A stretch of 64,000 nucleotides of DNA from Lama guanicoe (taxonomy: Eukaryota), in contig MU056313.1 in the NCBI GenBank assembly GCA_013239625.1, positions 384,114-448,113 on the forward strand. Reading direction: 5' to 3'. The translations under genes and the position numbers were made by a program. Within the stretch, counting starts at the first letter, position 1. Each line of letters starts with the position of its first letter. Below, one piece after another: positions 22,241 to 35,090 of this stretch. The notes below the pieces were generated by a model. The model had not been told where the DNA came from. It worked only from the letters and a program-made list of their open reading frames with translations, and did not search any database.

Positions 22241-24239
22241 GGGAGTGGAGGGAGAAATTTAAACAGAAGGAATTAAAGTCAAAACAAAAAGGCACAGGAG
22301 TGCCTAGTATATTCCAAGAATAGAGTTGTCTGCTGTGTCTTCAGTATTATGTGATAGAAAGTGTTTGATAGGGACTAGAGTTGAAAGATAAGGTAAAAGT
22401 AAAATGTGAAGGACCTTGGAAAGGAGGTGGATATAATATTTATTTGTACCCCTATGGAGGACTGGAATCATGAGTGTGAAATGAGGCTTAGAGAACTAGA
22501 TAATTCGGAAGAGTAGCTCGTGTACAAGGCACAGAACTTCTCAGATATTGTTTGAGTAGTAGAAGGAGGAGGAAGGCATTTCAGTTTCTCCTTGTGTCTG
22601 AGAGCTAGGCTAAGTGCAGCATAAAAACACCCACCTGGAAGAACAGATCTAAAAAGACAAGACTGGGCCGAGCTAAACCTGGGTGTTTTCTTACTATCAG
22701 TATCCTCTCCAGAACTTTGGAAAATAGACCCATAGCATATAATCTTTGGAAATAACATTTTTGCCTCACCCACACAGGTTTTCTCCTCCATTTTTAGCTA
22801 TTACAAATAATTAACCTGTACCTACATACTTACATATATACACACACATATATATAGGTAACCCATACCTGTTGACTATTACAAATAATTAACCTATAAG
22901 GCAACAAAATGCCTAACTTACAGCATTTTCCCCCCTCAGGATATCTTTTGCTTCTATACTAAAACACAAAAGTCGTTACATTACAATCTAAACAGATTGG
23001 GTTAATCTAGGAGTTAAACCATCACTGGAATATACCTTATTTAGAACTCAGAGGTGATTTATGGCAAATAAATGCAGTTACTACTATTAGTATGAAGCAT
23101 GTATTACTTACTGTTAGTTCAGTTTCTCCATTAAAAAATTAATGATGGATGTGAAAGTAACATTTTTATTTAGTCCTGCCTAGTTCTTTTTAGGAAAAAA
23201 AAAGTATGAAAATAGTGAGAATGAAGCTGGAGAACTAAGAAATAAAATAACTTGACACCCAAGTACTGTTGCTTTAAAATGACCTAGAATATAATAGTCT
23301 CCTTATTCATGACAATATTCTTAATAAAAATTTATTTTCTAGCATGATATAACAGAATTGCCTTTATTTTGTTGTTTGGATAATTGGATAATAAATATTA
23401 GTGACAGTAATAAGTAATTTGAGTTAATTGTCATTTATTTTGTGAGCAATAAAAATAGTGGTTAAGAAAAAATGGAATCTTGCTTTCTGGCAGTTCAACA
23501 GCATTGAAAATGCCAGTTCTAAATAGTTTTCTTGCAGTGGAGTAGCACAAGTATCCCTGTGGGGAGAAATGAATATTGAAATGTTATTTTCTTTTTATTT
23601 TGGATTTTCATGAATGATAAAAGTACCTTCAAGGAATGGACAGAAAAGCTACATAAATTGAGTTATAATGACAGAGTAAAATATGAAATTAATCAGAAAA
23701 TCTAGATGAAGTCCCATCGTTCCATGAAAAGAAAAAATTGTTATTTTTTACTTCTTGGTTTTAATTGCAATGGATGATATACTGAATGTCAGCTCTTAGG
23801 AAATTGACACTTAATTTAGAAGAGAATCAGTCATTTTATTCATAAAAATGGAAGTAGCATTTATATGCTTGAATTCTAACAATATGACTATTATGCAGCA
23901 TATGCAACCATATTATGAGCAGCGTTAGGATAGAAATAAGTTAGTATTCTTCAATTCCAAAGGACATAAAAGGTTTACTTTATAAATTTTCTCTTTGGAG
24001 AGCACATAGAACTACTCAGCTCTCTCCCTGGCTGGCAAATGAACAGACACTGTAATGCCTGTTATTGGTATTTTAAAAGTTGTTCTGCAAATTGAGGACA
24101 CTGAAGAGCCATTTCTAAATAATCGAGAATTTCCAAAACTATAAAATTGAGAGCAAGTTATTGTTTCTTCAGTAATGCTTGTTAATTTTCTATAGTTAGA
24201 AAACTTTTAGAACTGAGTATTATTTATCATATATCTGAC

Positions 24240-24950
24240 TGGCACTCTGTTGGCAAGGTGAGGAATATCAGGCACTCTGATATATTGTTGTAGGGGTTGC
24301 AAATTGATAAATCCCTTGTTCGGGGAATATCTAAGAAACTCGTCACTCTATTTACTCCTAGCCTCAGTAATCCTATTTCTATAACTATAGTTGAAAGATT
24401 CACCTCCACAATATGAAAAAAAATGCACAAGTTTTTTTTTAAGTGTGGCATTATTTGCAAAACCAAAAGATTGGGAAATAAAATTAGTATCTATCAACCT
24501 AGGGTATATAGCCAATGGAATATTATCAATATTAGACACACACATGCATGCATACACCCTGGTGGAATGAAAAAGGTTTCTATTATAACAGTTTGATTAC
24601 CAGAATATATTTTTATGGCAGTTTGATTGCCAGTGTAAGGTGTTGTATGTGTGTGTAAGCAAAAGGAGAGATAGAATACATGCAAACACTAGACATATAC
24701 TTCAATGTGGTAAACAAGGAACTAATGACAATGATGGGTAGAAACAGAATAGATGAATTTGGAATACAGTCAAGACTTTTCTGAGTGTGCTTTTAAACAG
24801 TAGTTTTGACCTTTGAATCATGAATCATTTTATGTATACAAAAATTAAATTAGATTAAAGACAACAAAAAACAATGGCTAAAATTGAAAACATTAACAAC
24901 AAAAACAAGGTATTTATGGAGACTAAGTTAATATAACCATATTGAACATC
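24240..24950 (+). mobile_element. L1MC4a-like 3' region
   Basis: ctctgttggcaaggtgagg…caggcactct; gattcacctccacaatatgaaaa…tgcacaag; caagacttttctgagtgtgc…gttttgacctttgaatcatg. Confidence 0.75.
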
Positions 24951-26139
24951 AAAAGCAAGATGCCAGCCAGAGAATCAGAGGGGCCTGTGGGTTTATTAAT
25001 CATCATCCATAATTTAGAATGTATCCCTGCTATCATGATATTTCAGTTTATTGCAACCCTTGGTAGACATTCTGTCTTTACATAAAATTTCACTCTACTT
25101 TTCCCGGAAACCAAGCTGGCAGTTACAGCATGGTCTTTTCTAGAAGGCCCTTAAAAAATGTTTGATCAGTTTAGTTTTTATTATGAGATGATTGTGAAAA
25201 TAGTACACTGTGCCCACTGATGTGTTCATAAACTGCGATGGGCCTAAGTGACTTAATTTATGCTCTGCTTTATTCACAATGCATAGAACTTACCAATGAG
25301 GTCACTGAAGAGAAGATAAATGGAAACTTATTACAGCACAAACCAGGTGTGCACATAAACACCGTAATTTCGTCATAACTTCCCAGTGCTGTGGTTAGGT
25401 GTCATCTCACCTACCTTCTGTAGGCTGTTCAGCAGTCATCCATTGTGCACAAGCAGGAGCAGCCCCAGCTCTGCACTGGTCATGTCATCCAACATGCCCT
25501 GACCCATGGAAGCTTTCATCACCCCTCTTCTGAGCCCTGAGACCTAGTCTTCTCTAGCATCAAATCCAAAAACGTCTTGCCCAGCACACCAGGTTCTTGA
25601 TGTTCTCACTCCACTTACCTCTCCAGCTCACTGAAATGATCCTTTTCACAGGTGTGTTCTACTCTCTCTTCTATGCATCCAACACAGCTTTTCTGTCAGT
25701 CTCTTTTTCCACAGCTAGAAATGTATCCTTTCTTCTCTCTTTCTTTCTTAATAAGATAACCTCTTATTGCTTTCATGATGAGAACTTCTAACAATTTATT
25801 TGTCACTTTATCTAAACCTGTGTAGTATACAATTCAGTTTATAATGTTAGAACATCTTGAAGTTTTCTTAAGGCAATTCATATTTAGAAGTGATCTCTTA
25901 AAGTACTGTAGAACTCCTCAAAACCCCTCTCCTGTTCTCTAGCACCTCCCACAATTTGGGGAATTAGATGTTATTGACTTAATGAACCACCAGAATAGAG
26001 TGAAACATAATCAGTTGACAGAAACATACTGATATAGAATATCTTATGCTATTTAGATCTCTATTAATTAGATTTAAATAGCATGTGCAGTGAAAAATGC
26101 TTAAAGGATTATTTGAATTGATATAATTTCCCCCAAATT

Positions 26140-26585
26140 GACCCTTCTTCATCTTTGATCCATTCTTTACACAGCAGCCAAAGGGAGAGTTTGCAAATGA
26201 AAATTGGACCATGTCATTTTTTCCCAATCAATGCCACTCAGTAACTTCATATTTAGAATAAAATTTATATTTTATGTCTCATGTTTCATAAGACTTTGAA
26301 CAATCAGGCCACTGCTTACTTCTCCAGTGTCCTGGCACACTTTCCTCCTTGAGTTTTACAGTCTACCACAGTGGTCTATTTTCACTTCGCGGATCTTTCC
26401 CTCTTCAGACCAGGAGTTCTCTTATTTTACCTGAAACACTCTTCTGGACACTGTGTGTCTAGCTTACATGTCCTTCAGGTCTTGCTTTAGAGCCATTTTC
26501 TCAGGCAGATTTTCCCTAAGCTCTCACTCTCCTCCCATTATTCTTTCTTATACTCGCCTGCTCTTCTCCATCATAAAATTTAGTA
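26140..26585 (+). mobile_element. L2 fragment
   Basis: tccattcttacacagcagccaaagggag…ggaccatgtca…tttagaataaaattt…tccttcaggtcttgcttta. Confidence 0.8.
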
Positions 26586-26594
26586 CAAAATATA

Positions 26595-26700
26595 CCACTT
26601 CTCAAGCTCCACTCCATTCCACACCTATTAAAACAGATTGTCTCCTGGTATGGCTAAGGCATTGGTATTTTTTGAAGGACTCTTGGGGATTTTTTTTTTA
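26595..26700. mobile_element. MER5-family fragment
   Basis: ccacacctattaaaacagattgtctcctggtatggctaaggcattggtattttttgaag…ggggatt. Confidence 0.6.
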
Positions 26701-27139
26701 AATACTCTGATCTATAGAGAAAGTCCAAGCTTGCAGTTTGACATCCAAGAGACCCTTTACCGTTTGCCCCTCAGTTATGTAGGCAGCTTCTCCTCTGGTC
26801 ATTTTTGTTTGTTTTGTGAGGGTTTTTTTTTTTTGGCTACACATATACTCTAGGCACAGAAATACACTACCTGCTACTGAATTAATCACATTTTATTAAT
26901 CCCTGTCAGCGTTTTCACTATTATTCCAGATATTTTTATCTCCAAACAAATTCTGCCTTATTTGAAGCTCAACCATTAATATTTTGGTTCTCTTGATTTC
27001 CTATAAAGGTAGGTCCTCTATCACCTTCACATCTATCTCAAACACATCATTCTTCAGGGATACAACTAGGTTTCATGGTGTCAGAAGCTTCTGGAATGTT
27101 GTGATATCTCTCTAAGTTAAAAAGTACAAATCAGGTCTA

Positions 27140-27290
27140 GGTCTTTGGAAGGCACCATGAAAGTAAGGGACTTTGTTGCTCTGATTGCCTTTGTGGTAAA
27201 TCCATTCCTGCCTCCGTCATAGCAGTTCTCAAGCAAAAAGCTGGTACAGAGTAGGTACTCAAAAAATATTTTAATGTCACTGAATGACTT
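27140..27290 (+). mobile_element. L2 3' end
   Basis: ccatgaaagtaagggactttgt…ctggtacagagtaggtactcaaaaaatatt…tgaatga. Confidence 0.7.
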
Positions 27291-27499
27291 CTTGAATCCT
27301 ACAAGTGGAGCAAAAAAAAAAAAATTGAGTTGGGGAAAGAAGATTCAGGCTCCTTCCTATCCACTCTCCTCTTTTGTGTAGAAATTCCATCTTGTTTACT
27401 TTCTCCTCTTTACGCCTGCTGGCCATCCTACACTCACCCTGCCAGTTGTAAGAGTTGTCCCCCCCCTTTTTTAAATACATATTTAGCTTACCAGTAGGA

Positions 27500-27680
27500 C
27501 AGTGGTAATCCTACTTTGGTACATAAATTTGTGCAGCAAAATCATTTGGGAAGCTGATTAAAAAAGCAGATTTAAAGCCCCATATCATATCTTCTAAATC
27601 AGAATCCCTAAGGACAGAGCCCAGGAATCTGTATTTTTAATGAACCTCATCTGAAGCTCACTCAAATATGAGAACTACTC
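27500..27680. mobile_element. MER5A/MER5B (hAT-Charlie) MITE
   Basis: cagtggt…aatcatttgggaagctgattaaaaaagcagatt…ctaaatcagaatcc…gcccaggaatctgtatttttaa…tgagaactact. Confidence 0.8.
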
Positions 27681-30600
27681 CTTGAATTCTTTTGGACTCA
27701 TATTTTAACCTCTTGGTAGAGTTCTTACTGAATTTCTCCAGTCATTCGTGGTACCCCCTTTTGCTAAACCCTTTCTAAATGATTGCACTGTTAATCAGAG
27801 GTATACAACTCACAAAAAAGAAGCCTACAGAATAAAAAACAAATCTACAGCTCACAAGAAAGCTCCATGGATAGGACTGTGTAAGCCTTATTCACCAGTC
27901 TGTCCGTGTGCCTAGTACCTCTCCTGCCTTAGAGCAAGTGCTCAGCATGTGTGGATGAGTAAGGGAAGGAAAGCGAGGGCATCATTTTCTGGGAGAAGGA
28001 GGGATGGAAAGCAGCATGTGTAAGTGAGGACACAGGAGAAACATGAAGTAACCAAGATTTGCTGTAGAGCATCTTCTGAGAAAGGAAAGAAGGGAGAGTT
28101 TGAAAGGGAATACATTTTACTGCTGCTGAGAATAGGCATAGAGACTAGAGAAAATGATGGGGGATCAGGAGGCATCATTTTATGGCCCTTTGAGAGGAAG
28201 ACTTAAAACCAAAAGTGCAATAATACTGGATTTCTTAATCAAAAGATGGTTTCAATTGTACCAATATGTTTATTTAGATTCATGATAGCAAGAGGCAACT
28301 GGTCTTTATGTTTCTGCTCTATTTAGAATGCAGCCCACAGGCTGACCACATTAACCAGGTAAACTTTATTCAACTAACAAATCCAGGTCATGTCTGATTG
28401 AACACTGACCTATACTGTTAGGTGGAAACTATGAAATACTACATTGTATTATACATTTTTAAGTGTCTGGCAGCATATATCATGTTTTGGGCTAAGTCAG
28501 GAGTGTGGGGTGAATCCAAAACACATTATGTGGGATCCATGCAGCCTTGATAACTATTTTGACAAAGGCCTGGAGATGTCTCCTCTCACCAAGAGCAGGA
28601 ATTGAGTTTACATGCTTTTCTTTATTGCTGATATGCTGATTTCAGATACTGTCAAATATTTCTGTTGGTAACAAAAATTAAAAAAAATTTGATGGAAATA
28701 AAAGAACATAGACATAGTAGAAGAAATGAAATCACCAAGTTATTTATGTTAAGTAACCACAAAAGTCTAGAAAAACAAAATAATGTCTAGATATTTGCTG
28801 TACTAGATGTTAATTATATGTAAGGAAGTATAAGTGATAAATCACTCTTCAAACAGCAATCTTCAAATGCCCTCACGTAATTTATTTTTATAAACTTAGT
28901 AGAGTGTTTATCAAATCTCCATGAATCCTTTTAGAGAACTAATTTCAGGGGAAGGGAAGAGATATGTGGTTATAGAAAGATACAGAAATGTAGGTACTAA
29001 ATTTTTACCAGGCAAAAATATAAGCCAGCTTCTGTTCTTCAGCTCCAAGGGCCACATTCCCTGGTACCAATAATAGCTAACATATGAACGCAGCCAAAAT
29101 ATGGTCTGCATCCCTATTGTGAGGTTAGCTTCTGCATACGACTCACTGATGCATCCCTAGGGTCTACAGAGCACCTGGTATATATAATGGTTAAATGCTC
29201 AGTAAAATGTTTATTGGTCTGAAGCCCATTTTTATAAGAGAGGCACAAACATTTTGAGTCTGGGTTTGTTTAGAGGATATTTTTTAAAAAGTGTTTATTC
29301 TCTTTATAAAAGAGATTTAAGTGAATTGGAGTGGGGTTCTTCAGTTCTGATACTACATATAACTTGGACTTAACACTGTGTTTTCTACCTCTTGTAATCC
29401 AAGGAACCTCCAAATTACAAGTGAATTTTACTATGAAAGTTTAACTGCACTTTTTTTCACCACTGCATTTTCATGAGTACATATTATCAGTTCAGTTTGG
29501 TAAATATTTATTGCATGTATATCTATATAATAGTTATGTAAATTCCAAAGATGAGGCATATAGTTGTAGAGACAGAGAGATTAGCATCTAGGGGAAGGAC
29601 CACAGGTACAGAGAAATAATTTCAATGTAAGACTGATGACCAAATATGCTAGAGTGGAAAACAATGTGGTATTTGAGAATAAGATATAAATTCTAATTGG
29701 CAGAAAAATTCTTTTTCAGTAAAATTATAAGACATAGACAACAACAACTGAGTATATTTTAGGATATATAATAGTGCTTAAAAACTGAGATTATGTTTGT
29801 ACAAATAAAAAAATGAAGAGCTGAGTGGACCATTTTGTGAGTGATCTGAAGAGTAATTTTGGGACACTTTTAACTGAACAGAAAGTGAACTGAAAAATTT
29901 TAAATCTCTTTTCACTTTAAAGTTTGGATCCCTAGTTTTTCCTTGGACATCTATCCTGTATTCCAATTAGATTTATTTTTCTTTACACAACTTATGATTA
30001 TTTAAACTACACTCAAGTATTATGACCTACTTTAGAAAGCCTTCTTATTACTACCAATCTCTACCTTTTACTTTAAACTCTGGAGTGGCAGCCATCACTT
30101 TTTATTTGCTTTAGGAATTCTTTGAACAGATATCTTGTCTATGCTCAAAAGTCAAGAATAAGATCAATATCTCATTGTTTTAACTTCCTTCAGAGCATCT
30201 GGCTCACTTCACAGTTTCAATTACTATTTAAATAATAAGTATTGAATAATGTTTCTTATGTTTGCTAATAACACTTTATAAACTGTGATAAAGATGGTAG
30301 ACTGGGAAGCTTTATATTGGCATCATTTCCAGGAAAAAGATGTATGCATGGGAGCCACTGAGGACCAAGTTCCAGGCTTCCTCCATTACATTCACAATCC
30401 ACTCTACAAACAACACTCTTCTCAAGATGAATAAACCTGAGATACAAATGTTAAGTCATTTATCAAGGGCTACAAATTTAATACACATTATTCAATCCTA
30501 GATATCTCTTACTCACCCTAAGAAACAGTTCCTTTGTTTATATAAATAAACTTAATTTCTAAGACAGTGAACATTATTATTTTTTATAGATGAACCTATA

Positions 30601-30974
30601 GTCATAAACACTTATTAAAGGCCCACCTAATGACCAAACAGTTCGATGAATAGAGAGCATTTAGAAAAAAATGCTAAATTGAATTTGCCTTGCTTCCTGC
30701 TTTTCTGTTAGTCACTGCTTATTTGTGTTAGAAACAGTAAACTATTTAACATGAACAGAAATCCCAAAGCAGAATACTTTTATTGACATTTGTAGATGCT
30801 TTTTAGAAGGATTTGGCCACTATCTATCCTCCGTAATTTCAATAATCATTATATAAAAGAATCCAACCACCTTCTTAACTTTCACTTTTTACTATTTGAA
30901 ACTTTCTTTAATGAATTTCAATTAACAATTATTTTATTAACTTGTTGATTTTTCTGATATTAAATTCTCCATGC

Positions 30975-31840
30975 CTTACTTCAGTGCTAAGCATAGAGCA
31001 GTGAATAGACAGTCTCCGCAAAGTAAGTAATACTGGCGGTTACAGTCCAACGAGGAAGACCATCAGTTTAACCCCCAGATATAATAATGTAGGCACTAGA
31101 GGGGAACACAGAAGGAAAACATTCTCAAGAATAGGGATCAGAGAAAGCCTTTTGGAAGAAGTCGCACTTAAACTGAGTCTTGCCAAGATGAGAATCTCCT
31201 CTTCAGGTGAAGAGGGAAGGAGTGAAGACAGGCTTCAGATAGTGGTGAAATGGCCTGGAGGCAAGAAAGAATGCAGATGTTAGGAATATAAAGAAACTCG
31301 ATATTGTTAAAGAATGGAGGACGCTTACAAAGGATGAGTGAAGAAGGCAAAACTCAGGTGGCAGAGGGATTTGTAAGTTGTTTAAGGACATTTAGCTATA
31401 GTACAACAGCCAGAAACCATGAAGGTCATTAAAGTTTTAGACGGGGCACTTCTGTGTTAAGGAAGGTCACTTTGGCTCCAATATGAGAAATCTATCGCAA
31501 GGGTACAGAATATGAAATAGGAAGGAGATGTTCTTGGTCATACTTCAGAAGAGAAACAACGGAGGTTCAGATTAATTTAGGACCCAGGGACAGAAAAGAG
31601 TAGCAATTGAAACTGCCAAGATTGGACATTTGACTTGGTGTCAGGAAGTGTTGATGATATTTTCCAGTGTTTGTGCTTATGTGATGGGAAAGATGGTAAT
31701 GCCTTTTACTGATGCAGGAATACTGAAGGAAAAGGAGATTTGTTAGGGGTTGACCTAATGGGAGGGAATGAGAAGTTCAGCCTGGGATATGTTGAGTTCA
31801 AAGTGCTATGAGACCTCCCTCCAGGAGAGGGTGTATAGAA
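30975..31840 (-). mobile_element. L2 LINE
   Basis: gggatcagagaaagccttttggaagaagt…aaactgagtcttg; aaggtcactttggct; gatggtaatgccttttactga; gagaagttcagcctgggatatgttgagttcaaagtgct. Confidence 0.85.
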
Positions 31841-31895
31841 TTACTTAAACTTTTAAGTAATGCAGACTTAAACCTTAGGAAATACATATGGTGAA

Positions 31896-31914
31896 TGTGT
31901 GTGTGTGTGTGTGT
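31896..31914. repeat. (TG)n microsatellite
   Basis: Pure TG run. Confidence 0.9.
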
Positions 31915-31935
31915 ATACAGGTATATATATTCATA

Positions 31936-32148
31936 CAGTTGACCCTTGAACAACTAGGAGATTAGGGTGCTGACCCCTCAGCAGTCAAAATTCCATGTTT
32001 AACATTATAGTCAACTCTCCAGATAGGGGTTCTGCATTCAGGACTACAACCACTGAGCAGATCATGTAGTACCATAGTATTGATTGAAAAAAATCCACAT
32101 GTGAGTACACTCCTGCAGCTCAAACCCATGTTGTTCAAGGGTCAGCTG
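31936..32148. mobile_element. Tigger2a_Art/MER8-like MITE (TcMar-Tigger), complete
   Basis: TIRs cagttgacccttgaacaac and gttgttcaagggtcagctg (1 mismatch); TA target duplication at 31934-31935 and 32149-32150; 213 bp. Confidence 0.92.
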
Positions 32149-32319
32149 TATCTATATGTACGCATGTATGTAGGATTGGCTGACAATAATTGTATCCAGT
32201 CTGTATGTCCACTATATATGTATCCAGTGATTGATTATAAATTATTCTCTCATTTCCACTATCACCACGACCACCGTTACTAAACAGTGTTGTGTATATT
32301 ATATGTCTTTTAGCCATCA

Positions 32320-32470
32320 TATGTATTCTCAGAGCTGAGTGATATTAACATTCCCACTTTAAAGTTGAGGAAACCAAAACAAAGTTCAAATAACTTGCGT
32401 AAGGTCACACAGTAAGTAAGAGATGGAGCCAGGATTCTATCCAGACAATCTGACTAAGCCCTGACTGCTA
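32320..32470 (-). mobile_element. MIR SINE
   Basis: cccactttaaagttgaggaaacc…taacttgcgtaaggtcacacagtaagtaagagatggagccaggattc. Confidence 0.88.
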
Positions 32471-33879
32471 AGCTGTATGGATGGTTAGCAACATCAAGTT
32501 CACTCATCATTTGAATGGGTTACTTGGAACCCAAAGTTCATAAATGTTTTACAGAGAAGCATCTGGAGAGGAGCTACTTCACTATGCCCTATAATGGTGG
32601 ATATTCCAGAGAGTAAGAGAGCCAGAATGAAATTTGGTTACCATTCTTACACACACATGCATATTTTAAAATACTTTCAAACACCTAGTGCTGTAGGAAA
32701 AACTGATTATGGATATTTATCCTGTGTATTTTAAGAAAATAAAGAAAAATAAACTTTATCTTTGTTTTAAAACTACCTTATTCAAGTTTTCCTTAGGTTC
32801 TTGAAATTGCATTCATTTTATAAATTGATAAATATTTATCTCATTTTACTAGTATTTTGGGCATACATGCTTTAACCAGATTCTATTTCAAGGTACCCCA
32901 ATATGGATAACCATTCATTTTAGATTTTTAAAATTCATATGCCATTTAAGTATTTTTTGGAGAGAAAACAAAAAGCTAGTTCTACCTGGATATTACGTAG
33001 AACAAACCATTTCTATACTTTTCCAAAAAGTAGATCTTTTTTTGGCTTTGAGTAACAACAAAGACATACCCAACTTTGACAAACACGGAAGAATGTAAAC
33101 TTTTGGATCTCATATACCCTAGGTTATAGACTATTTGTCACCATAAAGTGTGGCTCATTTTCAGGATGAGAAACAGGACCTAATTTTGGCTTCATAAAGA
33201 CACGCAGCTTTTTGATCTGTGTTCTCAGCCAGCAAACAAAAACATGAGAGGTACATTCATCTAGCTAATAGGCTTCCACAGGACTTCTGCAAGCCAACAG
33301 GATCTGCTCCCCTGCAGAACAGTGGAGCCACTATGTCTATAGGCCCTGATAACCTTGAAAAATTATCCATACATTTTCTACATACCAGACTAATCAGAGC
33401 CGAAGGGAAAATTGTGTTCCTACTTTGGCATTATCTGTCTGATAAGTTTAAATAGGAAAAATGCTTTCCATTTTTTTCCATCGTCATTGAAACAGATATT
33501 TTAATCTGAATAGTAACCTTGACATCAGCGTGGCATTCCAGAGCTACTCCCTCATGTAGTTTTAATTTTCTCCTCCCTTTGGAGAAATGACCTTGTACTA
33601 CTGTGTTAAAGAGCAAATGGCCGATGCGATATTTACATCAAAGGGTTTGTTCAATACATTTCAGTATAATAATCATAAAGAAGGAGAGAATGTGTTTTTG
33701 CATATCATGAGTGTCTTCTGAAAGTCACTAAAAAGCCTGTATCAGTCTAGACACTGATTATGTCCATTGTCTCTTTTATGTAATATTTAATTTATTTTCA
33801 CAGAAATGCCCCAGGTGAATGCAACTCTTTCCAGCTTGAAGTTTATATTTTGGGAAATAATTCACAGAGTTCAAAGCTT

Positions 33880-34200
33880 CCAACTTGCATAGATTTACTG
33901 TCGCTGCAGCGCCAAACATCTTTTTCTGATACTAGCTTACAAATAGACACTCAATGGGCCAAGTGATGAGAAGCAGAAGTTTAGTGCAGGTGCTTGTCCC
34001 AGTTTACACGTATATGGTATTCAGCTCCTGGTAATAATGTTTACTTGCGTGATGCATTATTGTTTGCAGAGAGTTGCCATATCCATTTCTCTTTGCTACA
34101 GAACTGTGGCTGTAATTTCTGAGTCACTCCGAATGGTCCTCTGCTTGAGAACGTGTGCAGTATCACTCCTGCTAGAACTGCACATCTTTGGACACTGTTA
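33880..34200. promoter_or_regulatory. Candidate enhancer (FOX, XRE, AP-1)
   Basis: TGTTTAC 34038, TTGCGTG 34045, TGTTTGC 34061, TGAGTCA 34120; retained CpGs; no recognisable repeat. Confidence 0.35.
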
Positions 34201-34494
34201 TTGCTTCAAGCTAAAATAATAGGGAGGAGAAATATGTTCAGCTGTAAGAATTGAGGAAATATGTTTCACTTAACAAAGACCTCAACAGGAGTCTAGTGGA
34301 AATCAGTGGTTACATTTTGGTGAAGTTCTTCTCCAGGTAGAGCTTCTTGACCTATTGAAGGTGGAGGTATTTTTCACTCCTGGCTTTTTCTTAGGGAAAG
34401 CAGCACCATTATTCTTTGTAGTGATGTGGGGAAAGAACTGTGGGAACTCTGCTCTCCTGCAGTGAATCCGCCATGTAGGACCTAGGTGGTTTCA

Positions 34495-35090
34495 GCATGT
34501 CAGTCTATTTGTGTCATTCCTTTGTTGAGGACAGGTCAAGGATTTCCCTTTCCCTTTAGAGCAGCATTCATGTTTCTTCCCATGGCCTGTAAGGCTCTAA
34601 ATAACCCCACCCACGCCTACTTCCCCAGTATCGTCTTCACCGTTCTTCTAGTGCCCATTTTACCTTGAGAGACAATTTTTGTTGTTGTGGTTCTATGATG
34701 TTTCAGTGCTTTCTGTTGCTTTTTCTGTGTTCAAAATCATCCTCCTGGGTACTTAGGTAGTTGGTTTATTTCCATTGTTTACATTTTATTTCAAATGCTA
34801 CATCCTTAAATAGATCTTTACTCACCAAAATAGCCCCCTAAACCAACCTTTTAGTCACTTCATCTCTCTTTATCCTGCTGCATTTTTAAAATACATTTAT
34901 ATACATAAATGCTATATAACACTGTGTATAATAATCTTTAGGTTTTTGTCTGGTTTCCTTCTTCCTTAGGTCCAGACCATAAGCTCCAGGAGAGCAGAGA
35001 CTGTGTGTGTCATATGCATTGCTGTATCTCCAACATCTAAAACGGGGTCTGTCCCTGGAGTAGGTACCCAGAAATTTTTGTTGAAAAAGC
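34495..35090 (+). mobile_element. L2 3' portion
   Basis: ccatggcctgtaaggctct…agaccataagctccaggagagcagagactgtgt…gctgtatctccaacatctaaaac…gtaggtacccagaaatttttgttgaa. Confidence 0.85.
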
